Source: an uncultured bacterium
GTDB taxonomy: Bacteria; Bacillota_I; Bacilli_A; RFN20; CAG-826
DNA: 64,000 nt
Direction of reading: 5' to 3'
Assembly (NCBI GenBank): GCA_949288485.1
Contig: CASEKC010000001.1
Span: 7,070-71,069, forward strand
Part shown: positions 39,721-49,037 of the stretch, piece after piece
How the letters are laid out: each line of letters begins with the position of its first letter
How positions within the stretch are numbered: the stretch's first letter is position 1
The notes under the pieces: generated by a model
Database searches by the model: none
The model's input: the letters and a program-made list of their open reading frames with translations, nothing else
Told to the model about the DNA's origin: nothing
Program-made: the position numbers and the translations under genes

Positions 39721-41857
39721 TAACTTTTTTGGAGCTAACTTAATTGATTCTAACACTTGTAAAGTTGCTCTTTTCTCTTCAGTCCAAAAAGCTGATTCTA
39801 CTCCAATTAATTTAATTATTAATGATGAAACTGTTGTTCGTTTAGATATTAAAAAACAAGTATTTTTAAGTGGAATTGCTATGTATACTTGTTATTTTAA
39901 AGATGGATTTAAACTCGGGAATTCTTATAAAATCTCTATAGAAAACTATGGAATTGCTAATTTAAATGTTTCTGAAATTGTTAATACTCCATCATTTGAT
40001 GATGAATATTTTTATCCAAATGATGATCTTGGAGTTACATATACAAAAGAAAATACTACTTTTAAATTATGGGCACCTTTAGCTAGTAAAGTAGAAGTTT
40101 TAATTCGTAGAAATTTTGATGAAGAATATACTGGTCACTATTTAAAAAGAGGAGAAAAAGGTGTTTATTCAATTACTTTAAATGGTGATTATGAAAATTA
40201 TCACTATGTTTATGTGGTTACTAATAATGAAATTCCAACTTTAACTACTGATCCATATGGAAAAGCTAGTGTCGCTAATGGAAAAGAAAATGTTGTTATC
40301 GATCTTAATAAAACTAAAATTGATATGCACGAATCTAACTTACCTGTTTACAAATCCTATTTAGATACAATTATTTATGAACTTGATGTTAGAGATTTTA
40401 CTATTGATGAAAATACCGATATCGAACATAAAGGTAAATATTTAGGTTTAACCGAAGAAAATCGTAAAACTAAAGGTGGACATGAAGCAGGACTTGATTA
40501 TCTTGCATCTTTAGGTATTACACACGTTCAAATTTTACCAATTTATGATTTTAAAACTATCGATGAAAATCATCCTTTAGATTCATATAACTGGGGATAT
40601 GATCCTCAACAATATTTTGTACCTGAAGGAAGTTATTCAACTGATCCAAATAATGGATATTCTAGAGTAATTGAATGCAAAAAAATGATTGCAGCACTTC
40701 ATAAAAAAGGACTAAAGGTAAACATGGATGTTGTCTATAACCATGTTTTTGAAGGTCTTTTCAGTTCTTTTGAACATGTAGTGCCTGGCTATTTCTTTAG
40801 AAAGAGAAAAGATGGCACTTTATGTAATGGAACAGGATGTGGAAACGATGTAGATAGTGAAAGATTAATGGTAAGAAAATTAATCGTTGATTGCTGCAAA
40901 TTCTGGTGTGAAGAATATTCAATTGATGGCTTAAGATTCGATTTAATGGGTATTTTAGATGTAAATACAATAAATCGAGTTGTAAAAGTTTGCCGTGCTA
41001 TTAAGCCTGATTTTATGGTTTATGGTGAAGGTTGGGATATGAATACTGAATTAAAGAGTGAAAAGAAAGCTTCAATTTTAAATTCATTTAAAATGGAAGA
41101 TGTTGCATTCTTTAACGATACATATAGAGATACATTAAAAGGTCCTAATGGAACTGATAAATTATTAAATGGTGGATATTTAACTGGTAATCAATCTTAT
41201 GTTGAAGGATTTAAATTCGCTTTCTTATCATCATCATTAAATTATGTTTATCCAGCAAGATTTAAATTTGCTAGCCAATCATTAAATTATGTTGAATGTC
41301 ATGATAATTTCACTATTTTTGATAAAGTTTCATCAATTTATGGTAAAAATAATGAAGAAAAAGTTTTAGATATTATTAAACAAATTAATGGAACTATTCT
41401 TTTGTCAATCGGTATCCCATTTTTCCATGCGGGACAAGAAGTTGGTTTAACAAAATATTATGAAGATAACACATATAATAAAGGTGATCACTATAATAAA
41501 TTTAGATGGGATGTTTTGGATAAACGCTATGAAATGGTTACTTATTTAAAATCAATGATAGATTTTAAAAAGAATATTTATAAAGTTAGTGAAGAAAAAC
41601 CTGAAAATATTGCCAAAATGATTAATTTTGCACATTTAGAACAAGATTTATTAGAAATTTTTGTTAAAGCGTTAGATGGAAAAGAATATATTATTATCCT
41701 AAATCCAACTGATAATCGCGGAACATTTGTTTTTGATGATTATTATAAATTAATTTGTGGACAAGCAGGTTATTTAAAAGGACCAGATTTATATATTAAA
41801 AACTCCACTATTGAACCTCATTGTGTTTCAGTATTTTTAAAGAAAGAGGCTGAATAA
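39713..41857 (+). CDS. pulA: Type I pullulanase (GH13)
   Basis: YNWGYDP, MDVVYNH, GLRFDLMG, YGEGW, NYVECHDN. Confidence 0.93.
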   Translation: MIDNFFGANLIDSNTCKVALFSSVQKADSTPINLIINDETVVRLDIKKQVFLSGIAMYTCYFKDGFKLGNSYKISIENYGIANLNVSEIVNTPSFDDEYFYPNDDLGVTYTKENTTFKLWAPLASKVEVLIRRNFDEEYTGHYLKRGEKGVYSITLNGDYENYHYVYVVTNNEIPTLTTDPYGKASVANGKENVVIDLNKTKIDMHESNLPVYKSYLDTIIYELDVRDFTIDENTDIEHKGKYLGLTEENRKTKGGHEAGLDYLASLGITHVQILPIYDFKTIDENHPLDSYNWGYDPQQYFVPEGSYSTDPNNGYSRVIECKKMIAALHKKGLKVNMDVVYNHVFEGLFSSFEHVVPGYFFRKRKDGTLCNGTGCGNDVDSERLMVRKLIVDCCKFWCEEYSIDGLRFDLMGILDVNTINRVVKVCRAIKPDFMVYGEGWDMNTELKSEKKASILNSFKMEDVAFFNDTYRDTLKGPNGTDKLLNGGYLTGNQSYVEGFKFAFLSSSLNYVYPARFKFASQSLNYVECHDNFTIFDKVSSIYGKNNEEKVLDIIKQINGTILLSIGIPFFHAGQEVGLTKYYEDNTYNKGDHYNKFRWDVLDKRYEMVTYLKSMIDFKKNIYKVSEEKPENIAKMINFAHLEQDLLEIFVKALDGKEYIIILNPTDNRGTFVFDDYYKLICGQAGYLKGPDLYIKNSTIEPHCVSVFLKKEAE

Positions 41858-41860
41858 AAA

Positions 41861-42613
41861 ATGTTTAAATATTTTAAGGTTATTTGCAAAGTTATCTTTC
41901 CTTTAATATGGTCATATTTTACATGTCTTTTGCCTTATTCTTTTCATCCTGAAAAAAGAAGTTTGGAATTAAGATTTCGTAAAGTTCAACATATTATTAG
42001 AAAAGTATTAAAAGCTTTTAATATAAATTATCATGCTTATGATTTAGAAGAATTTTATAAAAATAGAAATAATGATGAAAATTATCTCTTTGTTTGTAAT
42101 CATATTTCTGATTTAGATCCATTAATTTTTATTGCTCTTTCACCAAGACCAATTACTTTTGTTGCAAAAATTGAATCAAAAAAATTCCCTCTTGTTGGTC
42201 GTGCAGTTAAAATTTTAAGTGGTGAATTTATGGACCGTGACGATTTAAAACAAAGCTTAAAAGTTATGATGAATGTTCAAAAAAGATTAGAAAGTGATGA
42301 AAAAATCGATTTTATGATTTTTCCTGAAGGAACTAGAAATAAAGGAGATGTATTTAAAATTCTTCCTTATCACCATGGAACTTTTAGACCAGCATTTAAA
42401 GCTAATAAAAATATCATCTCTTTTGCAATTACCGGAGATAATAAAGTTTTAACTTTAAAAGATAAGAGTAAAAAATATGATGTTTTTATAAGAAAATGTG
42501 CACTTTATACACCAGAAGATTATAAAAATATGAAGACAACTGAGTTAGCAATGGATTGCGAAAATAAAACAAATAAGGTGCTGGCTGAGATGAAAAATGA
42601 ATTAATGTCTTAA
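41861..42613 (+). CDS. plsC: 1-acyl-sn-glycerol-3-phosphate acyltransferase
   Basis: NHISDLD, FVAK, IFPEGTRN. Confidence 0.9.
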   Translation: MFKYFKVICKVIFPLIWSYFTCLLPYSFHPEKRSLELRFRKVQHIIRKVLKAFNINYHAYDLEEFYKNRNNDENYLFVCNHISDLDPLIFIALSPRPITFVAKIESKKFPLVGRAVKILSGEFMDRDDLKQSLKVMMNVQKRLESDEKIDFMIFPEGTRNKGDVFKILPYHHGTFRPAFKANKNIISFAITGDNKVLTLKDKSKKYDVFIRKCALYTPEDYKNMKTTELAMDCENKTNKVLAEMKNELMS

Positions 42614-43897
42614 TCCTTTAGGATAAAGATTTTTTAAAACGCCTTTTACATATTTAACATAACCTAAATTTAAGTTATTAAAAGAAACTGTATAAAAACC
42701 ATCTTTTAAATCTAACTTTTTAGTCAAACTTTCTCCCCTTAGATATTTTTTCATTTCTTCTTCATTTAATATAATTGAAGAAGTTGATGGTAAATAATGT
42801 GCTAAATTAAATGATGGAATATAATAATCTTTCTTTATTTCGCAAAGATCAATTCCATATCTAATTAATGGGATTTTTTCATTTATAAGTTCAAAATTTG
42901 AACCATATAAATGATTTTTTATTTCTTTATAATATTTAAAATTAACATTTAGGGAATCAATAATAGTTTTATATTTTTTTGAAAAATTATCATTTGAAGA
43001 AGCTTTTAATCTTCTTTTTGCAAGTGTTCCATTCTTTTTTATTTTTGCGATAAATTGACCCTCACCTTTATAAAACATTGGAAAAAGGTGAATTGCTTCT
43101 TTTAATTCTTTACTTCTATATTCTCCTTCAACAAATGGTAAATTGATTAAAGAGATATCATCACGATATTTTAAAATTTTAAGAATATTATTTTCGTTTT
43201 CTTCAAAAGAAAAAGAACAAGTTGAATAAATTAGTTCACCACCATCTTTAAGTAAATCTATTGCTCTATTTAATAAATTGAACTGAACAGAACTTAATGA
43301 AAGAACTTTTTCATAAGACCAATCATCTCTCATTTCTTCCATTTTCCTAAACATTGCACTTCCAGAACATGGAGCATCTAAAATAATTTTATCAAATGTA
43401 TTGTTTAAAATTGCTGGATCTTCCAAAAAATCAAAATTTATTACGGTTATATTATCTAAACCTAACTTTTCTATATTACTTGATAATGTTAAAGTTCTTG
43501 AATGGGAGATATCATTTGAAATTAAGTTAACATTCTTATTTTTTAAAGATAAATATATACTTTTCCCACCAGGAGCTGCGCACATATCTAAAATTAAGTC
43601 ATTATCTTGAGGGTTTAATAATTCGCTTACTAACATACTTGAAGCATCCATTATATAGAAAGTCCCGTTATCAAAAAGATAGCTTTTACCGAATTGATAA
43701 ACATTTTTATCAAAATAATAAACATTTTTTAGAAATGGATGTTTTTCGATATTTGGGAATTGATTTATAAAAGAATTATTGGAAATTTTATTTGTATTTA
43801 AAATTAAAGAAGAAGTTCTTTCTTTTTCTAATTCTTTAATAAGATTATTAATTATTTCTTTAGATAAATATTTTTCTAAATGTTCGATAAAATTCAT
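42602..43897 (-). CDS. rsmF: RsmB/RsmF-family rRNA m5C methyltransferase
   Basis: LDMCAAPGGKS, LDAPCSG, YSTCSF, GEGQF, LKNLYPKGLR; ATG at 43897 preferred. Confidence 0.88.
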   Translation of the reverse strand: MNFIEHLEKYLSKEIINNLIKELEKERTSSLILNTNKISNNSFINQFPNIEKHPFLKNVYYFDKNVYQFGKSYLFDNGTFYIMDASSMLVSELLNPQDNDLILDMCAAPGGKSIYLSLKNKNVNLISNDISHSRTLTLSSNIEKLGLDNITVINFDFLEDPAILNNTFDKIILDAPCSGSAMFRKMEEMRDDWSYEKVLSLSSVQFNLLNRAIDLLKDGGELIYSTCSFSFEENENNILKILKYRDDISLINLPFVEGEYRSKELKEAIHLFPMFYKGEGQFIAKIKKNGTLAKRRLKASSNDNFSKKYKTIIDSLNVNFKYYKEIKNHLYGSNFELINEKIPLIRYGIDLCEIKKDYYIPSFNLAHYLPSTSSIILNEEEMKKYLRGESLTKKLDLKDGFYTVSFNNLNLGYVKYVKGVLKNLYPKGLRH

Positions 43898-43968
43898 ATT
43901 TAACATTATACAAAAATTGATACAAAACTGATATTTTTTTATCTATAATAATGGGTAGAGGAACGCTT

Positions 43969-45270
43969 ATGAATATTGAAGAAATTATTGAGAAAAAAAG
44001 AGACGGTTTTGAGTTAAATCGTGATGAAATTCATTTTTTTGTGAAGGGTTATGTAGATAATAAAATTCCTGATTATCAAGCAAGCGCTTTATTAATGGCT
44101 ATTTATATTCGTGGAATGAACAAAAAAGAAATTGGTATTTTAACAGATGAAATGCGAGTTTCTGGTGAAGTATGGGATTTAAGTAGTATTCCTGGATTAA
44201 AACTCGATAAACATTCAACAGGTGGAGTAGGTGATAAAGTTTCTTTAGTTTTAGGTCCTATGGTTGCTTCTTGTGGAGGTAAATTAGCTAAAATGAGTGG
44301 TAGAGGCTTAGGACATACCGGTGGTACATTAGACAAATTAGAATCAATTCCAAATTTTGATATTTATGAGAATTATGAAGAATTTAAAGAACAAATCGAT
44401 AAAATTGGAATGGCTATAATTGGTCAAGATTCAAAAATTGATCCTGCAGATAAAAAACTTTATGCTTTAAGAGATGTTACTGGCACTGTTTCTTCTATTC
44501 CTTTAATCGCAAGTTCTATTATGTCGAAAAAATTGGCTAGTGGAGCTGATTGTATTCTTTTAGATGTCAAATATGGAAGCGGAGCTTTCATGAAGACAAT
44601 TGAAGATGCTAAGAAATTAGCTCAAACAATGGTTGATATTGGTAAAGAATTAAATAAAGACGTTCGTGCAGAAATTACTGATATGGATCAACCTCTTGGC
44701 TTTGCAGTAGGTAATAATTTAGAAGTAAAAGAAGTTATTAATACTTTAAAAGGAAATGGCCCTAAAGATTTAATTGAATTATGTTTATCAAGTGGTTCAA
44801 TAATGCTCCAACAAGGTAAAATCTTTGATAATGAAGAAGATGCTAGAAAAGCTTTAATAGAAAACATCAATAACGGAAAGGCTTTTGAAAAATTTAAAGA
44901 ATTTGTTAAAACTCAAAAAGGTGATGTTTCATATATAGAACACCCAGAAAAATTCCCTGTTGCAAAAAATATTATAGAAGTTTATTCGAATAAGAGTGGT
45001 TTTGTAAATAAAATTAATGCTTTAGCAATTGGCAAAGGATCAATGGAATTAGGTGGTGGTAGAGAAAAACTTGATGATATCATTGATATGTCTGCCGGAA
45101 TTGTTTTAAATAAGAAAATTGGCGATGAAGTAAAGGAAGGAGAACTTTTAGCTACTTTATATACCAATAAAGAAAATTATGAAAAAGTAAAAGAAGACGT
45201 TTTAAACGCCTTCTTGATTGATAATGTTTTTGATGAATCAAATATCTCTAAGAAAATATTAATTGATTAG
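43969..45270 (+). CDS. pdp: Pyrimidine-nucleoside phosphorylase
   Basis: DKHSTGGVGDK, MSGRGLGHTGGTLDKLE, SIMSKK; ATG at 43969 follows a GAGG RBS. Confidence 0.96.
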   Translation: MNIEEIIEKKRDGFELNRDEIHFFVKGYVDNKIPDYQASALLMAIYIRGMNKKEIGILTDEMRVSGEVWDLSSIPGLKLDKHSTGGVGDKVSLVLGPMVASCGGKLAKMSGRGLGHTGGTLDKLESIPNFDIYENYEEFKEQIDKIGMAIIGQDSKIDPADKKLYALRDVTGTVSSIPLIASSIMSKKLASGADCILLDVKYGSGAFMKTIEDAKKLAQTMVDIGKELNKDVRAEITDMDQPLGFAVGNNLEVKEVINTLKGNGPKDLIELCLSSGSIMLQQGKIFDNEEDARKALIENINNGKAFEKFKEFVKTQKGDVSYIEHPEKFPVAKNIIEVYSNKSGFVNKINALAIGKGSMELGGGREKLDDIIDMSAGIVLNKKIGDEVKEGELLATLYTNKENYEKVKEDVLNAFLIDNVFDESNISKKILID

Positions 45271-45288
45271 TAATTAATTAGTATTTAA

Positions 45289-46569
45289 TTAGTCCTTTTT
45301 TGAATATTTCTCTTTTAACATTCTCATGTTAGAACTACGGACAATTTTTTCTAATTTTGTATAATTTTCATTAAGTGCTTTTTCATAAGATGAAGAAGCA
45401 TTTTTATTTGGCTTATAAAATTTCGCAGCTTTTAAAATTTCTGGTAAATATTGCAAGTGAATCCATAATTCAGGCATATCATAAGGATATTTATCTATTT
45501 CTTGAACATTTACAGGTGTATATTTCAAATAATCAAGTACTGGTAATGGCTTACTTTGTGCCGTATCCATTGCTTCATAGATTGCAGCACATGCTGTTTT
45601 TGATTTTGGAGATAAACATAAATCGACAATTGCTACAGATAATGGAATTATAGCTTCTGGCAAACCAACATATTCAGCACTATCTATTGCAATTTTAGTT
45701 CTCATACAAGCCTGAGGATTAGCAATTCCAATATCTTCATATGCCGTAACTAATAATCTTCTCGTTAAACTTTGTAAATCGTTAGCTATGCATAATCTTG
45801 CAGCATAATAAAGAGCGGCATTTACATCGCTTCCTCTAATTGATTTTTGCATCGCAGAAACACTATCGTAATGCATATCTTCATCTTTATCAGTTAAAAG
45901 ATTTGATACTTTTAATATCTTTTTTACCATTTCTAAAGAAATATGCATATTTTTATATGATATTGATAATATTTCTAAATAATTTAATGCAAAACGAAAA
46001 TCTCCGCCTGAAGATGTTGAAATATATTTTAAAGCATCATCATCAATGCTTAATTTATTATCGTAGCCATTTTTATTATTAATCGCTTTTTTTAACCCCT
46101 CAAAAATATCATTTTCATTTAAAGGTTTTACTTCTAAAAGATGAACTCTACTACGAATAGCACGATTTATTGAAATATATGGATTTGCGGTTGTAGCTCC
46201 AATTAAATATATAGTTCCGTCTTCAACAAAAGGTAATAAAATATCTTGCTTATCTTTGTTTATTCGATGAATTTCATCGATTATTATAATAGTAGGATCA
46301 TAAAATTTAGCTTCATTTATAGCTTCTTCAATTTCTTTTTTATTTGAAGTAACAGCATTTAATTTAATTAAATGAGCATTTAAAGAATGGGCATAAGCTT
46401 CAGCAATGGTTGTTTTTCCAGTACCTGGAGGTCCATAAAGAATAAAAGAAATAGGAGTTTTTGCATTAATAGAATTTCTTAAAAATCCGTTTTCACCAAC
46501 CAAATCTTTTTGCCCTATAATATCATCTATGTTATTAGGTCTTATTCTAAAAGCTAAAGGCTTATTCAT
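45289..46569 (-). CDS. rarA: Replication-associated recombination protein A
   Basis: PLAFRIRP, GPPGTGKTT, DEIHR, GATTANP, QKSIRGSD, EDIG.ANP. Confidence 0.95.
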   Translation of the reverse strand: MNKPLAFRIRPNNIDDIIGQKDLVGENGFLRNSINAKTPISFILYGPPGTGKTTIAEAYAHSLNAHLIKLNAVTSNKKEIEEAINEAKFYDPTIIIIDEIHRINKDKQDILLPFVEDGTIYLIGATTANPYISINRAIRSRVHLLEVKPLNENDIFEGLKKAINNKNGYDNKLSIDDDALKYISTSSGGDFRFALNYLEILSISYKNMHISLEMVKKILKVSNLLTDKDEDMHYDSVSAMQKSIRGSDVNAALYYAARLCIANDLQSLTRRLLVTAYEDIGIANPQACMRTKIAIDSAEYVGLPEAIIPLSVAIVDLCLSPKSKTACAAIYEAMDTAQSKPLPVLDYLKYTPVNVQEIDKYPYDMPELWIHLQYLPEILKAAKFYKPNKNASSSYEKALNENYTKLEKIVRSSNMRMLKEKYSKKD

Positions 46570-46621
46570 ACATATAAATTATATAGGAATTTAACAAAAA
46601 ATGTATTAATATTAATGAGCA

Positions 46622-47071
46622 ATGAAAGTACTTATTCAACGTGTTTTAAATGCCAATGTAAAGATTGATGGCAAACTTATAAATGAAATATCTAAAGGTT
46701 ATCTACTTTTAGTTTCTTTTACGGAAGGAGATAATGAAGAAATCGTAAATCGTATAGCTCAAAAGATATGCAATTTACGTATTTTTGAAGATGAAAATAG
46801 TAAAACAAATTTATCCTTAAAAGATGTAAATGGTGAAATTTTATCTATTTCTCAATTTACTTTATATGCTGATATTAGAAAAGGTAATAGACCTTCCTTT
46901 ATTAATTCTTTAAAACCTGATCAAGCAAATATCTTATATCAAAAATTTAATCAAAAAATCAGAGAAATCGGTTTTATAGTTAAAGAAGGAGTTTTTGGTG
47001 CAGACATGAAAATAAATTTAATAAATGATGGACCTTTTACAATTATGGTCGATTCTAAGGAGATTCTTTAA
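46622..47071 (+). CDS. dtd: D-aminoacyl-tRNA deacylase
   Basis: IQRV, LRIFED, SQFTL, GNRPSF, NDGPFT. Confidence 0.97.
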   Translation: MKVLIQRVLNANVKIDGKLINEISKGYLLLVSFTEGDNEEIVNRIAQKICNLRIFEDENSKTNLSLKDVNGEILSISQFTLYADIRKGNRPSFINSLKPDQANILYQKFNQKIREIGFIVKEGVFGADMKINLINDGPFTIMVDSKEIL

Positions 47072-47073
47072 TT

Positions 47074-48204
47074 ATGAAAGTAATGTTAGGTCTTAGCGGT
47101 GGAGTTGATAGTGCAGTAGCCGCTTATTTATTAAAAAAACAAGGTTATGATGTTGTTTGCTGTTTTATGAGAAATTGGGATTCTTTAGCAAATAACGACT
47201 ATTTAGGCAATCCAACCGTCGATAATAACATTTGTCCACAAGAACAAGATTTTTTAGATGCAAAAGATGTTGCAGATAGATTAGGTCTACCTCTTTTAAG
47301 AATTGATTATATAAAAGAATATTGGGATTATGTTTTTTCTTATTTTATTGAAGAATATAAAAAAGGAAGAACTCCAAATCCAGATATTTTTTGCAATAAA
47401 TATATAAAATTTGGACCATTTATTGATTTTGCAAAGAAAAATGGTTGCGATATGATTGCAATGGGACATTATGCAAAAAGAGTTGATAAAGATGGAAAAA
47501 CTTATTTATATAAAGCATTTGATAAAAGCAAAGATCAATCATATTTTTTAAGTCAAATTAATAGTGAACAATTAAAATTTTCTTTATTTCCATTAGGCGA
47601 TATAACAAAAAAAGAAGTTAGAAAAATAGCTGAAGAACAAAACTTAGTTTCGGTAGAACATAAAAAAGATTCAACAGGAATTTGTTTTATTGGCGAAAGA
47701 AATTTCAAAGAATTTTTGAAAAATTATATTCCTGCTCAAAAAGGAAAAATTATTGAAATTAATAGCGGAAAAATATTAGGAGAACATGAAGGTGTTTATT
47801 ATTACACTTTAGGACAAAGAAAAGGACTCGGAATCGGTGGAGTAAAAGGGCTTAATTCTCATGGTTTTTTCGTTTGTAAAAAAGATGTAAAAAATAACAT
47901 TTTATATGTAGCTAAAGATAAAGAAGATGAACATTTATTTACTGATGAAGCTATCATTACTTCAATGAATTATTTTAATGAAAAAATTAAGGATGGCGAA
48001 CATTTAATGGTTAAATTTCGTTATCGTCAAGATGATCATGGAGTTACATGCTATAATTTAGAAAATGGTGATGTTAAACTTGTCTATGATGAACCATACA
48101 AAGCAGTTACGCCAGGTCAAGCATGTGTTTTTTATCGTGGTGAAGAGTGCATAGGTGGCGGTTTAATTGATCATATTTTTTATAAAGGAAAGGCGAAAGA
48201 TTAA
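47074..48204 (+). CDS. mnmA: tRNA-specific 2-thiouridylase
   Basis: SGGVDS, TPNPD..CN, KDQSYFL, KDSTGICFIG, TPGQ. Confidence 0.98.
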   Translation: MKVMLGLSGGVDSAVAAYLLKKQGYDVVCCFMRNWDSLANNDYLGNPTVDNNICPQEQDFLDAKDVADRLGLPLLRIDYIKEYWDYVFSYFIEEYKKGRTPNPDIFCNKYIKFGPFIDFAKKNGCDMIAMGHYAKRVDKDGKTYLYKAFDKSKDQSYFLSQINSEQLKFSLFPLGDITKKEVRKIAEEQNLVSVEHKKDSTGICFIGERNFKEFLKNYIPAQKGKIIEINSGKILGEHEGVYYYTLGQRKGLGIGGVKGLNSHGFFVCKKDVKNNILYVAKDKEDEHLFTDEAIITSMNYFNEKIKDGEHLMVKFRYRQDDHGVTCYNLENGDVKLVYDEPYKAVTPGQACVFYRGEECIGGGLIDHIFYKGKAKD

Positions 48205-48207
48205 TCC

Positions 48208-48774
48208 ATGAAAAGCGTATTTTTTAGAATTGTAACAATCGTTGGCACATTAATTGCTTTTTCCGTTTCATTGGTTTTATTATTCACTTTAGATTTCGAA
48301 GCTCATCATGTAGCTGAAAATGGTGAATCTATAATAAGTTTAATAAGTGGAAAAACGGCTATTTTTGGTGGCAATTCCGTTATTTTAAGAGGTAATTATA
48401 TTGGGAATGAATTAATTTTAAATACATCAACATTTATAATGGCAACTTTTGCCTTTGATTATTTAACTGTCGTTGGACTGGTTGTAAATATTCTTTCGTT
48501 AATTTTTATGATTTTTTATTTTAATAGGAAAGTCATTTTATTAATTTCCACTTTAATTAATTCATTGTCTTTAATATTTTTAGGTTTCCAACCTCAATTT
48601 TTCTTGTTAGTTAATAGCGGTAAGAGGTTTTATGATCTCGTGTATTCAGCACAAAATAGTAATTCAATTATATCAATCGGGATTATAGTTTTTATAATCA
48701 TTAATGCTGTTATAGATATTTTTTATTTAATAAGAGTAATTGCCTTATTTAGAAATAAAGTTATTGTTGAATAA
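48208..48774 (+). CDS. Hypothetical integral membrane protein
   Basis: 188 aa with about four hydrophobic segments. Confidence 0.7.
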   Translation: MKSVFFRIVTIVGTLIAFSVSLVLLFTLDFEAHHVAENGESIISLISGKTAIFGGNSVILRGNYIGNELILNTSTFIMATFAFDYLTVVGLVVNILSLIFMIFYFNRKVILLISTLINSLSLIFLGFQPQFFLLVNSGKRFYDLVYSAQNSNSIISIGIIVFIIINAVIDIFYLIRVIALFRNKVIVE

Positions 48775-48802
48775 TAATCGATATTTTTCTATAATTTTTA
48801 AT

Positions 48803-49017
48803 CGAGGAAAAGAAAGATATTTTTTTAATTTTTAGAGAGAAGTTGATTGGTGAAAAACTTTATTGAAAATTATCTTAGCCACTTCCCAAAAAAAGGTTAA
48901 AAGCCTCGTTTTGTAAACGTAAAATTACTATTTAATTAAGTGCAAAATTTTATTTTGAAATAGGATGGTACCGCGATAAATTCGTTCCTAAATAGTTTTA
49001 ATATTTAGGATTTTTTT
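48803..49017 (+). promoter_or_regulatory. T-box riboswitch (Ala)
   Basis: AGAGA and GGTGAA stem I motifs, probable GCC specifier 48878-80, T-box AGGATGGTACCGCG 48962-75, terminator TCCTAAATA/TATTTAGGA plus U-tract. Confidence 0.92.
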
Positions 49018-49037
49018 ATTTTTAGGAGAGTATTAGT